A stretch of DNA of 64,000 nt. Source: Giardia intestinalis. Lineage: Eukaryota. Made by a program: the position numbers and the translations under genes. The stretch is taken from the NCBI GenBank assembly GCA_000002435.2, contig CM018789.1; one strand, given 5' to 3'. Of this stretch, positions 28,997 through 39,009 are shown piece by piece. Position 1 is the first letter of the stretch. Each line of letters begins with the position of its first letter. A model generated the notes under the pieces. It made no database searches. It worked only from the letters and a program-made list of their open reading frames with translations, and was not told where the DNA came from.

Positions 28997-31300
28997 ATGC
29001 TTCCAACGCCGCCGAGTGCTGCGCTATCGTTCTTCAGAAACCCAGTGGTGCTAAGCCATGCAGTCATATCTGGTATTTCACGTGAGACAGGCATAGAATC
29101 ATACGGCATCTGTTTGCCCGCCAAACAAGTGCCTAAGCAGCTCGCCACTCAATTGACGGTTCTCGTAAGCACTAGCTACTTGCATGTTTCTGCATTCTAT
29201 CAGTTAAAGAGCTCTGCTGGTGATATCCGCTATTACTTGCTGGTCATTCCTCGAGATGACGCAGCCGACGTCCGCCCATATATGTCATTGTATGGCATAC
29301 TGCGTGATAAGATGCAACTAGACTGTGGTTTATTTGAACCCTTAGCGCTTCAGCTGCTAGATTTACTGGACACATTTAGTCGCTTGAGGTATACCCACGG
29401 GGCAATTTGTCCAAGTAATATTTACCTTAGTCCCGCCCAACTGTCCGTACGGCTGGGGCCCCCAATGCCCTTTGCTGCCTATCTGATTGATGTAGAAAGA
29501 ACTACTATGATTGACTCTTCTGTCCACAGTTATGATGTCTGCATACCACCAGAGTGCTTTCTTATCTATAAAAGCACAATAAACTGTCTGCAGCCAAGCA
29601 CTGATGCTTGGATGGTTGGCGCCTCACTGCTTTACGTTGTTCTTGGCACAAAGTTCATAGAGTCCCATTTCACCAGTTCATACAGTGACTATCGGGTTGA
29701 GCTAATAACACTTCTTTTCCATGCTCTCGGTCCTCCTCGTCAACTTGGTTCTCTGCCACTGCAAAAAGAGGCAGAAGAAAAGCTCATCTCGTCATTTGAA
29801 GGGATCGTTCCATACTTAGATTGTTCCAATCAAATAAGTTTTCCTGGGGCGCTTAGATTGAATGGCTTTAGAAGATCTGTTATAAAAAGAATCGTTACGG
29901 GTCTTATGACCTATGACTTTAATAGTCGGCTTAGACCAGGTCTTGCTCTAGAAATAATGAAGAAGGAGATAGATCGATTGGAGCCCACGAGCTGCACGCC
30001 TAACTTCCATTCTAGTTCTGACCACGCAGCACAGCTTTTGCATACAGAAAGACAAGATTTACACACATGCCAAAAACGCAGGAGGAGCCGTTCAATGTCT
30101 CCACACAAACGTAGGAGCACATCTAGTCGAGGCCCTTCACTAGCTGTAGACGCACCGTCTTCCCATCTGTGTGTGGAGACCCTTGCCAGACAACCCGTCA
30201 ATCATCGTTCGAAGTCTTCTAGCACCGACATGGACGAACTAGTGAAGCAGGTACGGAGTTCTATAGATTATGGTGCAATAGCTGCAAGCACAATTAGTAC
30301 TCGGGCGCTCAAACGAGCCATGGTGTCCTCCCCGATTGAGTCAGCGAGGGACATCCAGGCCACGCTCCAAAAGGAATACGAGACCCGGCCATCTGTAGAA
30401 GATCTGATTATTCCAAGCAAGGCGTCACTAAGCAGAGGCACAGCATCGATAAAGCCTCTTACCGTCGAGAAAGACAAGCCCAGCAGAAGGTCTGAGAGCG
30501 TGCATTATAAAAGATATTCAAAAGTACTGCGAGAACAAGTCTCTAGAGAGCTTGCATGCACAGAAAGAAGACTTAATAGCGATCGTAAGCCGCTTTCACA
30601 ATCTCTTCAGTTGTCTGCAGACAACCCTAATGCTTCGCGTGATTCTGTCAATGAATTTAGTGTTGCTGCACCCGAATACGACCGAGGCGATGGGCTTTTT
30701 GTTGACAGCATGGATGCGCCTCTACTGGAGATTACCAAGGAGCTTCCCCTTCTATCAAAGGGCTCTGATGTCAAGGCATACACACAGATGTCGCTTCCGG
30801 TGACACTAGCTTCAAAGATTCGCGAGCCAGTGTGCTCAGATAACAGGTATGAGCCTCCAATCTCTGATGACTCTATAAGGTGCCAGAGTACGGGGAAGAA
30901 AGTTGCGAGAGACATATGCACCATCGTAATACACCGTCTGTCTACTCCGTACAAGGCACAGCTGAATGTTGACTTTGCAGTGGAGCTCAAGCCGGCAGGC
31001 CATTCGTCAAGATCCTCATTTATTGGTAGCATGAGCAATGTAAAGATAGCAGAGCCCCCAGACTTCGGAATTTCTGTCCCCACAAACGTGGAAATAAAAG
31101 TCGTGAATTTTGATTCTGCATCAAGAGACTACTCCGGGGTACTTAGTGGTAGATTGGTTGTGTCCATTAATGCACCCCTAAATACCTGTAAAGTCATTTC
31201 CTTTAATCTCCGTATAGACATACGAGAAATGCCAAAGCCTCAAGAGTGGATGCTGAGCACAAATGGTCTGGCATCTGCTCTGCTGGAAGTTTTATACTAA
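28997..31300 (+). CDS. Kinase-like protein, probable pseudokinase, 767 aa
   Basis: The N-terminal 300 aa have kinase-like architecture with a catalytic-loop-like YTHGAICPSNIYLSP (Asp missing) and a C-lobe-like YSDYRVELITLLFHALGPP. The remainder is S/R-rich low complexity. ATG at 28997 confirmed. Confidence 0.45.
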   Translation: MLPTPPSAALSFFRNPVVLSHAVISGISRETGIESYGICLPAKQVPKQLATQLTVLVSTSYLHVSAFYQLKSSAGDIRYYLLVIPRDDAADVRPYMSLYGILRDKMQLDCGLFEPLALQLLDLLDTFSRLRYTHGAICPSNIYLSPAQLSVRLGPPMPFAAYLIDVERTTMIDSSVHSYDVCIPPECFLIYKSTINCLQPSTDAWMVGASLLYVVLGTKFIESHFTSSYSDYRVELITLLFHALGPPRQLGSLPLQKEAEEKLISSFEGIVPYLDCSNQISFPGALRLNGFRRSVIKRIVTGLMTYDFNSRLRPGLALEIMKKEIDRLEPTSCTPNFHSSSDHAAQLLHTERQDLHTCQKRRRSRSMSPHKRRSTSSRGPSLAVDAPSSHLCVETLARQPVNHRSKSSSTDMDELVKQVRSSIDYGAIAASTISTRALKRAMVSSPIESARDIQATLQKEYETRPSVEDLIIPSKASLSRGTASIKPLTVEKDKPSRRSESVHYKRYSKVLREQVSRELACTERRLNSDRKPLSQSLQLSADNPNASRDSVNEFSVAAPEYDRGDGLFVDSMDAPLLEITKELPLLSKGSDVKAYTQMSLPVTLASKIREPVCSDNRYEPPISDDSIRCQSTGKKVARDICTIVIHRLSTPYKAQLNVDFAVELKPAGHSSRSSFIGSMSNVKIAEPPDFGISVPTNVEIKVVNFDSASRDYSGVLSGRLVVSINAPLNTCKVISFNLRIDIREMPKPQEWMLSTNGLASALLEVLY

Positions 31301-33408
31301 GCAACGGGTGAGAAGTTCTGCTTTATGGTCTTGAAGATTGTTACCAGTGTGTCATATGGAATTATTTCATCCTGGTATAGTGAAAGGGTTGTGTAGAGCC
31401 GTACGAGGTGTTGCATCTGCTTTTTAGGATGTGATGAGCTGTCCTCCTCTGGAAAAAGGGTCTTCCACTCTGGGGAGTGTCCCTCGCTACTGATTGTCAA
31501 CCGAAGTTTCTGGCATTCCCTTTCCTGCACAGCTAACGCCTCTAGGACATCCACTTGCCTGGAGGCATCCTTATGTATCTCCGCACCATCTAGCTTACTC
31601 TTGTATACATCTGTTAGGTCTACCAATTGCTTAAGCGTCACGCTCCGCATGTGCTTCTTGCAAGAAGATGCAATAGTCTGGGCAACAAAACGCGGGCCCT
31701 GCATACTAACAAAAATAGCGGAAGAATCTCCCCCACACTCTTGTGAATACGTGTGAAGGGCCAAGAAAAACCTAATCAACACAAGATCTAACATATCATT
31801 TCCGCACGATAGGGATATGCCCGTGTACTTTTGTATGACCCTTGAAATAAGGCGCAGCAGCACAGGGTCTTTTGCACTATCATGTGTTCGACTAAAGTAC
31901 TCACACCACTCACGAACAACCGCTGGCCCGTAGCAGATCTTTTGGTGCTGCAAGTCCGGAGAGTCAGAGAGAATAGCGTTCTGGGTCAGACTATTTGATG
32001 AGGATATGATGGTTATTAGAGCCCCTGTTACAACAGGGCACACGATGAGCTCTTGCAACTGTTCCACAGACCCTTTGTCCAGAAAGAAGATCCTGTACAG
32101 GTACTGCCCGATGATGCTGCCCCTAAAGGTACTCATAATGTGTACCAATAATATGAGCACTATGTGCACTGGTAGAACAGGTGGCATTTTCTGTATGAGT
32201 GCCTGATTTGCATCCATTGAAACGGAAACAGAGAGCGACTGTCCTCCGTTATAGCTACTGTCCAATATCATGCTGTCACCCATTACACTGCCTTTGCTTG
32301 TATCTACAGAGTCTATGCTTCTAGAACTAAGGGCCAATCCTGTTGATTGCAAGGGTAGAGATGGCGCGCCAAGCTGTCCTCCTTGCGGATTAGAGTCTGT
32401 ATCTGCTTTTTCATCATTATTGCTGAGACATCCTCTCACGGAAAAGCTGTATATCGGCCAACTAATGTTGTGCTGGGCAACCTTCTCGAAGCGACAATGC
32501 TGAAGAGATACTAAGATTACAGGACCAATCACCAGCTCAATAAGGCGCTGAGTAATGATCCTCGACACCTCCATGCATTGCTCCTCGTGTCGCACAGAGC
32601 TCAAGTCAAGGAAGAAGTCTAAAATATCTGAGATCTTCTCATGAAGCTCTTTTATCTGAGATCTTTTCGCTGGGTCATGCGGTGGGCAGTATGGTCCGTC
32701 GCTCAGATTGGCTAAGTCGACAGACATCACCAATAGCTCGTAGCACATATAAGAGATAAATGGCCCCAGCAACACGCGATTTATCCACTCTAGGAGCTCT
32801 GGCAATTGGCCTCTGTGAGTCTGGCTGTGCTGCAGTGAGGCCAGTATTAACCCTTTAACAGCCATCTGCTGGTCCTTCTCACCTGTGGCGTAGCAGTTGG
32901 TAATCTTCACTAAAAATGGATATTCGCCGCCAACACTCAGTAAATTAAGCTGCTTAACTGTAATTGACGAGGCTATGAACTTGAGGCTTGCAGTTGCGTA
33001 GCCGCGGATGTCCGGATTTGGCGATGACAGGGCGGAGGTGAGCACGTCCTGCATAGGCTCAGACTGCAAAAGCAAGCTAAGCATGTCCTCCGTTAGATTC
33101 TGAAGGAGATAGGCATAGGACATAACAACCTGTGTCTTTATTTCTAAGAAGTTGTCTGCCTTGCAGTACACCACCTTTAGAAATTCAAGGTTGTCACTTG
33201 TAATGGCACTCTGGACATTTTCAAGCCCTGAGATGCTTCCCCTATGAAGTAACGTCGCAAAGAGCTCTATATTTTCTCTAATATCCGAGCTGTTCTTAGA
33301 TGTAGCTGGGAAGGCGTTACAGATAACAGAACGTACATACATTATGTTCTCCAAGCTATTCTTATCCTTGGGGGCTCGAATACGGCGAGTGGCTACCTCA
33401 GGAAACAT
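31297..33408 (-). CDS. Hypothetical protein (~700 aa), probably helical-repeat (ARM/HEAT-like)
   Basis: Long ORF. The track start at 33486 is TTG; the first ATG at 33408 (MFPEVATRR) is preceded by ttttaatttagag and lies just past the stop of the upstream ankyrin gene (33416). Confidence 0.5.
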   Translation of the reverse strand: MFPEVATRRIRAPKDKNSLENIMYVRSVICNAFPATSKNSSDIRENIELFATLLHRGSISGLENVQSAITSDNLEFLKVVYCKADNFLEIKTQVVMSYAYLLQNLTEDMLSLLLQSEPMQDVLTSALSSPNPDIRGYATASLKFIASSITVKQLNLLSVGGEYPFLVKITNCYATGEKDQQMAVKGLILASLQHSQTHRGQLPELLEWINRVLLGPFISYMCYELLVMSVDLANLSDGPYCPPHDPAKRSQIKELHEKISDILDFFLDLSSVRHEEQCMEVSRIITQRLIELVIGPVILVSLQHCRFEKVAQHNISWPIYSFSVRGCLSNNDEKADTDSNPQGGQLGAPSLPLQSTGLALSSRSIDSVDTSKGSVMGDSMILDSSYNGGQSLSVSVSMDANQALIQKMPPVLPVHIVLILLVHIMSTFRGSIIGQYLYRIFFLDKGSVEQLQELIVCPVVTGALITIISSSNSLTQNAILSDSPDLQHQKICYGPAVVREWCEYFSRTHDSAKDPVLLRLISRVIQKYTGISLSCGNDMLDLVLIRFFLALHTYSQECGGDSSAIFVSMQGPRFVAQTIASSCKKHMRSVTLKQLVDLTDVYKSKLDGAEIHKDASRQVDVLEALAVQERECQKLRLTISSEGHSPEWKTLFPEEDSSSHPKKQMQHLVRLYTTLSLYQDEIIPYDTLVTIFKTIKQNFSPVA

Positions 33409-33415
33409 CTCTAAA

Positions 33416-35830
33416 TTAAAATATGTTTTTTCGACATTCTTCAAGAACAGACAAGACCTGAGACCTAACGCTTGGCTTGGGGGCAATGGAGCGTGCAGCC
33501 CAGTAGAAGACGTCCTTCTTTTTTGCAGTTAAAAGCTCTGCTTCATGAGGATAAAGTTTCCTCACTATATCTGAGTGTCCATGGTATGCAGCAAACATGA
33601 GTGCAGACCACCCGCTATCTGTCTGCATCCCTGCCTCCTGCTTAATGAGGAACTTCACCGCTATACTATTTCCTATGGCGGCTCCAATCATCAGCGCTGT
33701 GTAGCCCCCCACTGTCCGCTGTCCTGCCTGTGGTTGTGTCTTGAAGAACAGCGAATAGTTCCGAGTTGCTACTGAGTACATGAGCCGAGTAAAGTTCCAC
33801 TTCTCGTTTCCATAGTCCATGAGCGAAGAAACTATATCTTTTCGACCATATTGCGCAGCAAGAGCTAGTGCGCAAAGTCCGTGCTTCTTTTGCAGCCCAT
33901 GTTCTTTCTCAGCTAACAGCCGTGCGACATCGGCATGCCCATTTTCCACTGCAAACATCAGGGCACTCATTCCATGCTTAGTTTGGAGCCCTGCTTCAAC
34001 ATCTATTAATGCCTCAACTACTTCGACGAACCCTTGGTTTGCTGCTATCATCAATGCTGTTTCTCCGTTGCTTGTGACTAGCCCGCCCTCGTGTGGCAGC
34101 AAAAGCTGCACTACTTCATGTCTTCTGTACTGTGCGGCTAGCATCATGGCTGTTCTTCCTTCCTGATCCTGGAGTCCTGCTTCTTCTAACAGAAGCTTGC
34201 AGACATCTGTATGACCATACCGTGCTGCGATCATAAGTGCTGTTCTCCCCGTGCTTGTTCTGATGCCCCGCTCTATCAGGAGCATCTTAACATTGTCTAT
34301 TTCACCTGTGTATGCCGCGATCATCAGAGCCGTGCTCCCTGTGATCTGGCATTTACTCCGTCTATCTGTAGAATGAAACTCTAGCTGCTGTGTGTATATA
34401 TGCCCAAGAGTATCCAAGTAACCTATAAGGTCGTGTGCATTCCTATTACATACACTCATCATTAGCCTGGTTTGTTTGTCTACACGCTTGTGAAGGGGGG
34501 AAGAGAGGGTGATGGGGAGTTCATCAGCCGCTATTTTATGGCATAGCAGCGATAATATGAGGGTGTTTCCTCTGCGTAATGCCTCTTCAAAAATGCCAGA
34601 GTCTAGAGCGTCAATGTTGTCTAAAACCGTATCAATTTTCGAACATTGCACTGCATGCATAAGTCTTTCCCACGGGCTGCTTACGCAGTCTTTGTCCTCC
34701 AACAGTAACATACATTCATGTCGCCTCATTGTGCGAGCAATATCAAGTGCGCTCTTTCCTGTCTTTGTTCTCAGCCCTGCCTCGAACTCCAACAGCGCTT
34801 CCACACACTCGAAGTGATTGTTCTCCACAGCAAGCATTAGAGCGGTATACCCATCATTATCTTGCATCCGTGCCTCATGAGGAGCCAAAAGCCGAACAAA
34901 CTCTAACTTTCCGGCAGAGGATGCCAACATTAGGGCAGTCCTGCCATCCTCTGTTGTATGCCTCTTTTCTGTGGGCAGATACTTGGCCACTTCGTGCAGA
35001 CAATCCAGCAGGACACACTCCATCAGCGTCGTCCTTCCCTGGGGCATGTCGGGTTCTGAAAGAGTTTCTGAAGAATCTAAATTATGCTTTTCTGTAAATA
35101 GTGACGGAGGAACTATGGATGTGGGTTGACCAAATTGAAGATAAGAAAACACACACTGCAGGGTTTCAGGTGTATAAATAGACGATTCCGCCAGCACGGC
35201 TGCACGGCTGACGTACTCTGAAGTCTCACTGCATTGCAAAGTACATAGCTCAAGAAGAACAAGGCCAAGGCAATGCTTCAGAGATATGACATCTGTTAAA
35301 GGCGCTTCGGTCGCTATGCTCATAGATCTAGTCTCCAATCCCAACAGGAACAGAGGATCCAGTAAGACTGGCCCCTCCAGATTGTAATTAGAGATGATAT
35401 CTGCGGCACCAAACCTTACAGGAAGCTCAGAGAACTCCGCTAGATTGGAAGAGAGGTAGTCAATGGCCTTTTCAATGCTTTCTGCAACTCGAAGAACAAT
35501 TGCTTCACTAATGTGGGTACAAGCGTGCGCCTGGCTATTAAGAAGTACAGCTAGTTGTAGGGGAACGACGTTAAACTCTAAAAGAGCTTCAGAGTCCGAT
35601 AGGACAATTATCTTGTAGGCAAGTATGCTCGGGTGGCATAGTTTCTCGATTGCATGAATAAGTCGAGTGAAAGGTTTGGCAGATCTTCCCTCCAGTCTGG
35701 TAAAGTTTATGTGTCGGACAAAGACCTGCTCGTTGTGTTTTACAGAGAATGCGCGATATGTAACAATATCCCTACCTTCAAATATCACGAGACAGTCTCG
35801 ATAGTGGGTATTGATAAGAGAGTCAGACAT
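33416..35830 (-). CDS. Ankyrin-repeat protein ('protein 21.1' type) with an N-terminal degenerate NEK-like kinase fold
   Basis: There are at least 10 ankyrin repeats with a recurring TALMLAA/TALMIAA...GH core. The N-terminal kinase-like region (HPSILAY...RFGAAD...EAP) has no HRD or DFG. The track start at 35959 is GTG. The candidate ATG at 35830 (MSDSLINTHYRD) is preceded by a strong AT-rich leader (aaaaaataaatcgacctta) and lies 10 nt past the AK6 stop; alternative ATGs at 35935 and 35920 would overlap the AK6 tail. Confidence 0.65.
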   Translation of the reverse strand: MSDSLINTHYRDCLVIFEGRDIVTYRAFSVKHNEQVFVRHINFTRLEGRSAKPFTRLIHAIEKLCHPSILAYKIIVLSDSEALLEFNVVPLQLAVLLNSQAHACTHISEAIVLRVAESIEKAIDYLSSNLAEFSELPVRFGAADIISNYNLEGPVLLDPLFLLGLETRSMSIATEAPLTDVISLKHCLGLVLLELCTLQCSETSEYVSRAAVLAESSIYTPETLQCVFSYLQFGQPTSIVPPSLFTEKHNLDSSETLSEPDMPQGRTTLMECVLLDCLHEVAKYLPTEKRHTTEDGRTALMLASSAGKLEFVRLLAPHEARMQDNDGYTALMLAVENNHFECVEALLEFEAGLRTKTGKSALDIARTMRRHECMLLLEDKDCVSSPWERLMHAVQCSKIDTVLDNIDALDSGIFEEALRRGNTLILSLLCHKIAADELPITLSSPLHKRVDKQTRLMMSVCNRNAHDLIGYLDTLGHIYTQQLEFHSTDRRSKCQITGSTALMIAAYTGEIDNVKMLLIERGIRTSTGRTALMIAARYGHTDVCKLLLEEAGLQDQEGRTAMMLAAQYRRHEVVQLLLPHEGGLVTSNGETALMIAANQGFVEVVEALIDVEAGLQTKHGMSALMFAVENGHADVARLLAEKEHGLQKKHGLCALALAAQYGRKDIVSSLMDYGNEKWNFTRLMYSVATRNYSLFFKTQPQAGQRTVGGYTALMIGAAIGNSIAVKFLIKQEAGMQTDSGWSALMFAAYHGHSDIVRKLYPHEAELLTAKKKDVFYWAARSIAPKPSVRSQVLSVLEECRKNIF

Positions 35831-35840
35831 TAAGGTCGAT

Positions 35841-36492
35841 TTATTTTTTCCTTTCCCCTCCTGAGGACCGGAAACGGAGTGAGTTACGATAGGCCTTGCA
35901 GAAAGAGGAGATAGATCCATGCCATGTCCACGCATAGCATCTTTGTGGTCGGCACACACAGAGCCTTGTCTTGGATCCCTTCAGTCTAACAGACCGGGGA
36001 GTCTGATGAAGCCTTTCTTCTATGCGTGCAAGAACGTGACGCATATCATCTTCAGTCTTGTGAGTGAAAGTTATAACTCGCCGCTGGTCGAAATCTGCGA
36101 CTGCGTCCTCTGCAACCCCCATTATCTCGGCCTCGATGTTTTCTAGGATCTTTTTCGATGAATACCCACGCAAAACCAGTCGATCATACAGTTCCTCAGT
36201 GCCTAGACGCAGAAGAACGACGATGTCAAACCAGCGAATCGGGAAGCGTTCGCAGGAATGGTGGTCCACCAGGATGTTCTTATTCCTCTGGATGAGTACC
36301 TCAAGAGTGTCCAGAAGCCGCTCCTCATCCGGAACTACGGAGTTGAAGACTTCGTCGTAGCTCTCTATTAGTCCAGAGCTGTGGACAAGATCGCTTACAT
36401 TGACATATCTATAATCTGGATGGAGCTCCAAGAAGCGCTTAGCAAGGGTCGTCTTCCCAACCCCAGGGGTTCCTGTGACCAATATCCTCATC
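35841..36492 (-). CDS. AK6: Adenylate kinase isoenzyme 6 (AK6/Fap7/hCINAP family) with an unusual 55-aa basic C-terminal extension
   Basis: MRILVTGTPGVGKTTLAKRF (P-loop exactly as in AK6), ...VDHHSCERFPIRWFDIVVLLR..., ending ...ARIEERL at ~170 aa, as AK6 proteins do. The frame then stays open for 55 more residues (HQTPRSVRLKGSKTRLCVCRPQRCY...GGERKK). The track start is TTG; the first ATG is 36492. Confidence 0.8.
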
Positions 36493-37016
36493 GATGCTGA
36501 TAGTCTGTTTAGTCCCAACGCCTCAAAAGTAGCTTTTTCGAAAATGCCTCAACTGATCTCCGCGGACTCCGTCACAAACCTTGTCCAGTGTGCGATTTAC
36601 AGATAAATTGAGCCGGAAGTAAGAACGGAACACAAACCCCTGGCTTAAGAGAAACACGACCACCAAATAGGTAATCACACTTTCAGTCTTGTCACCTATG
36701 TACATGTCCGTGCGTAAATATTTGGTAAGGATTGCTTCACAAAACACCAACGCGTATCAAAGACAACGTCCTCGAATTGAATGATGATGCCACCCTGATG
36801 GACATTTTTTCGAGAAAAAACTACAGATGAGATCCAATAAGTATCACATACCAGCAACTATAGACGTGCACTGCAGGATATGCAACTTTTTATACTACCA
36901 GTTTGAAGTCTTCGAAGTGTGGCTTTTCTGCCATGCTTTCAGACCTCTGTAGGCCAATCTACCAATGAAAAGATGCTAACTGTGATTATGAGTCCCAACA
37001 ATATGCAACATAAATA

Positions 37017-37826
37017 CTACCAGATTGCCGTCTCAGTCAGAAATGGTGGGCCTTGGAAACTCCCTGCTCCATCCTCGTCACAAGAGGGTGCAATCATATG
37101 GCAACTAGTGGCCAGTATCGAGAGGGTGTGGAGCCTTGGGAGGAACTCAACGGCCATATCATGGACTTTCTCAACGAGATGAGAAGGAAGGTCATAAAGA
37201 ATCAGTCTCTGCAACGACTGATGAAGGAGTCGGAAGTCTGGAACAGTTGTCAAATAGGTCAGAGGGCCAATTGTAAGACTTACTACCTCGTCAAGTCGCT
37301 CTAAAAGATCTGCAAGCAACTTATTTGTAAATGGCTGAGACTCATTGTAAAGTTCCACAATCTGCTGTGGGTAGTCCATGTTGCCTACTGCCTGTTCGCC
37401 AGGCTTCTTCACGACTTGGAACTGTAGGTTTCGTAGAGCTTGCAGACATAATGTCTCCTCTTTCTTCTGTGTAAAAAGGATGTCCGGTATAGTTGCAAGC
37501 TTGTCGGACAGCTTGGCACTCATAGATCGTCGCTCTAGATAAGATACTGAAGGGTTGGTTGGGGTATGCAGGGCAGCGAGCGCTGAAAGAGACTCATACG
37601 GCTGAATATATTGCTGATACTTTTTTTTCAGCATAGAGGAGGCAGAGGTCGCTGATTTCGACAGTCCAAGTGCTCGAGAAACAGCTGCCCAGGAGAAGTT
37701 GGACGATTGGGTTTTCAGTTGTTGCACCGCGTGACAAAGAGACTCCACGGTCACAGAGACCCCTCCAATGGTCCACTGCACTCCAGGATTTTTCTGAACA
37801 CATAGCTCACATATATTGTTGTCCAT
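37017..37826 (-). CDS. Hypothetical protein, 269 aa; possible Myb/SANT-like N-terminal domain (weak)
   Basis: ATG confirmed at 37826. The N-terminus W-x~30-W pattern (VQWTIGGVSVTVESLCHAVQQL...FSWAAVSRALGLSKSATSASSMLKKKY) resembles a Myb/SANT repeat. Confidence 0.4.
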   Translation of the reverse strand: MDNNICELCVQKNPGVQWTIGGVSVTVESLCHAVQQLKTQSSNFSWAAVSRALGLSKSATSASSMLKKKYQQYIQPYESLSALAALHTPTNPSVSYLERRSMSAKLSDKLATIPDILFTQKKEETLCLQALRNLQFQVVKKPGEQAVGNMDYPQQIVELYNESQPFTNKLLADLLERLDEVVSLTIGPLTYLTTVPDFRLLHQSLQRLILYDLPSHLVEKVHDMAVEFLPRLHTLSILATSCHMIAPSCDEDGAGSFQGPPFLTETAIW

Positions 37827-37840
37827 ATCCTTTTGAAAAA

Positions 37841-38683
37841 CTACCGATTGTGTTTACATCTGTTTACAACTCTGCAGAGCCGACTGGGGGTTGCCGCATA
37901 TGCACCGTATGCTTCCCTGAGCATATATGTGTCGAACTCTGCCTCTGCTAGCTGGATGTTGAAGACACTCGTTGTCTTGTCGGTTGAGGTGCAACCATCT
38001 GCTCCCTTCTGCAGTTGACTGCACAGCTGGCACGTCCTTGCCACGTAGATGGCCTGGATGGTCTTCTCCGGCAGCGCTACTTGATAGATGAAGGGGTACT
38101 GCTCCAGCCTCCCGTTGTCTCCGTACCTAATTCTGCCGCGAACCGCCTCCTCGTCGACATGGAGCGCCAGCCTCCCGAAGTCCTCGAACGTCAGCTCTCG
38201 GATGCTGTGCCTTGGGTTGCAGAACGTGCTGCTGTCCGACAACAGCTTCACGGTTATCGCAGAGTATATCTCGGCCAGGCTGTGATACGACTTTACCCAG
38301 AGGTAGCCGAGGCTGCACACCGGCGCGAGGAGGGTGCTACACAGGAAAAGCGTCCCGGTGTCGTATCTGTGCATGATGTTTCCAAGGACCACCCCGTGGA
38401 GCATCATGTTGATGCACTCGTTGAGCGTCTGGAAGGAGAGAGAGGAGTCCTTCTGGCTCTTGTTCGCCATGAGTTCTCTGAAGTACCGCATCTTCTTGTC
38501 CTTGGCAGTCCTGTCGACGTAGAAGGACGCCTGGATGCAGGGCAGGTGGTGGTAGTAGCTGCATGTCACGAGGGCGAAGATGAACTCGCAGAGAAACAGC
38601 CTTACCCCTACAACATGATCCACTTTACCCCCTGATTGTTTCCAGTGTTGTGTTGTTAGGGCACGCCTATAGATGTGGTTCAA
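37841..38683 (-). CDS. Hypothetical GC3-rich protein; the true 5' end is unresolved
   Basis: The minus frame has strong third-position G/C bias, whereas the antisense plus ORF 38015..38635 has mixed third positions. The track start at 38683 is TTG; the first in-frame ATG is at 38491. The GC3-biased coding signal, including the hydrophobic LFLCEFIFALVTCSYY, continues about 190 nt upstream of that ATG. Confidence 0.45.
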   Translation of the reverse strand: MNHIYRRALTTQHWKQSGGKVDHVVGVRLFLCEFIFALVTCSYYHHLPCIQASFYVDRTAKDKKMRYFRELMANKSQKDSSLSFQTLNECINMMLHGVVLGNIMHRYDTGTLFLCSTLLAPVCSLGYLWVKSYHSLAEIYSAITVKLLSDSSTFCNPRHSIRELTFEDFGRLALHVDEEAVRGRIRYGDNGRLEQYPFIYQVALPEKTIQAIYVARTCQLCSQLQKGADGCTSTDKTTSVFNIQLAEAEFDTYMLREAYGAYAATPSRLCRVVNRCKHNR

Positions 38684-39009
38684 AGATTTTACAAATAGAC
38701 TTACTTCATTTATAACTGTATTTAGAGATGGAGGTAGCTAGTGGTTATGAATGTAGAGCTTTTCTGACACCTTTGCTTATCAAATCTGGTGCGCTCTCTA
38801 AGAGACTTTTATATTTAACCAATACGCGCGCATCGGTTACCGCTCGACCGTAGCCCTCCTCCTCTTGCCCCCTGCGAGGACGCCGCCACTGGCTAGACGC
38901 GGGCGTCGTTGCTGCCCGGCCTTCTCGTGACCTCCTTCCTTCATGAGGTGTGCTCACCCCTCTCCGTCAGCACCACTCTCTGACGCATACACAGCTTGTC
39001 CATCCGGCC

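Noticed and set aside
38015-38635. 206-aa plus-strand ORF
   Set aside because: It is antisense to the minus-strand gene, which shows the strong third-position G/C periodicity expected of real coding sequence; the plus frame has mixed third positions.
38745-38957. 70-aa minus ORF between the GC3-rich gene and the left repeat arm, as a possible upstream exon or independent gene
   Set aside because: It is Arg/Gly-rich with no codon-bias signal or splice motifs linking it to the downstream gene, and it ends in a stop.
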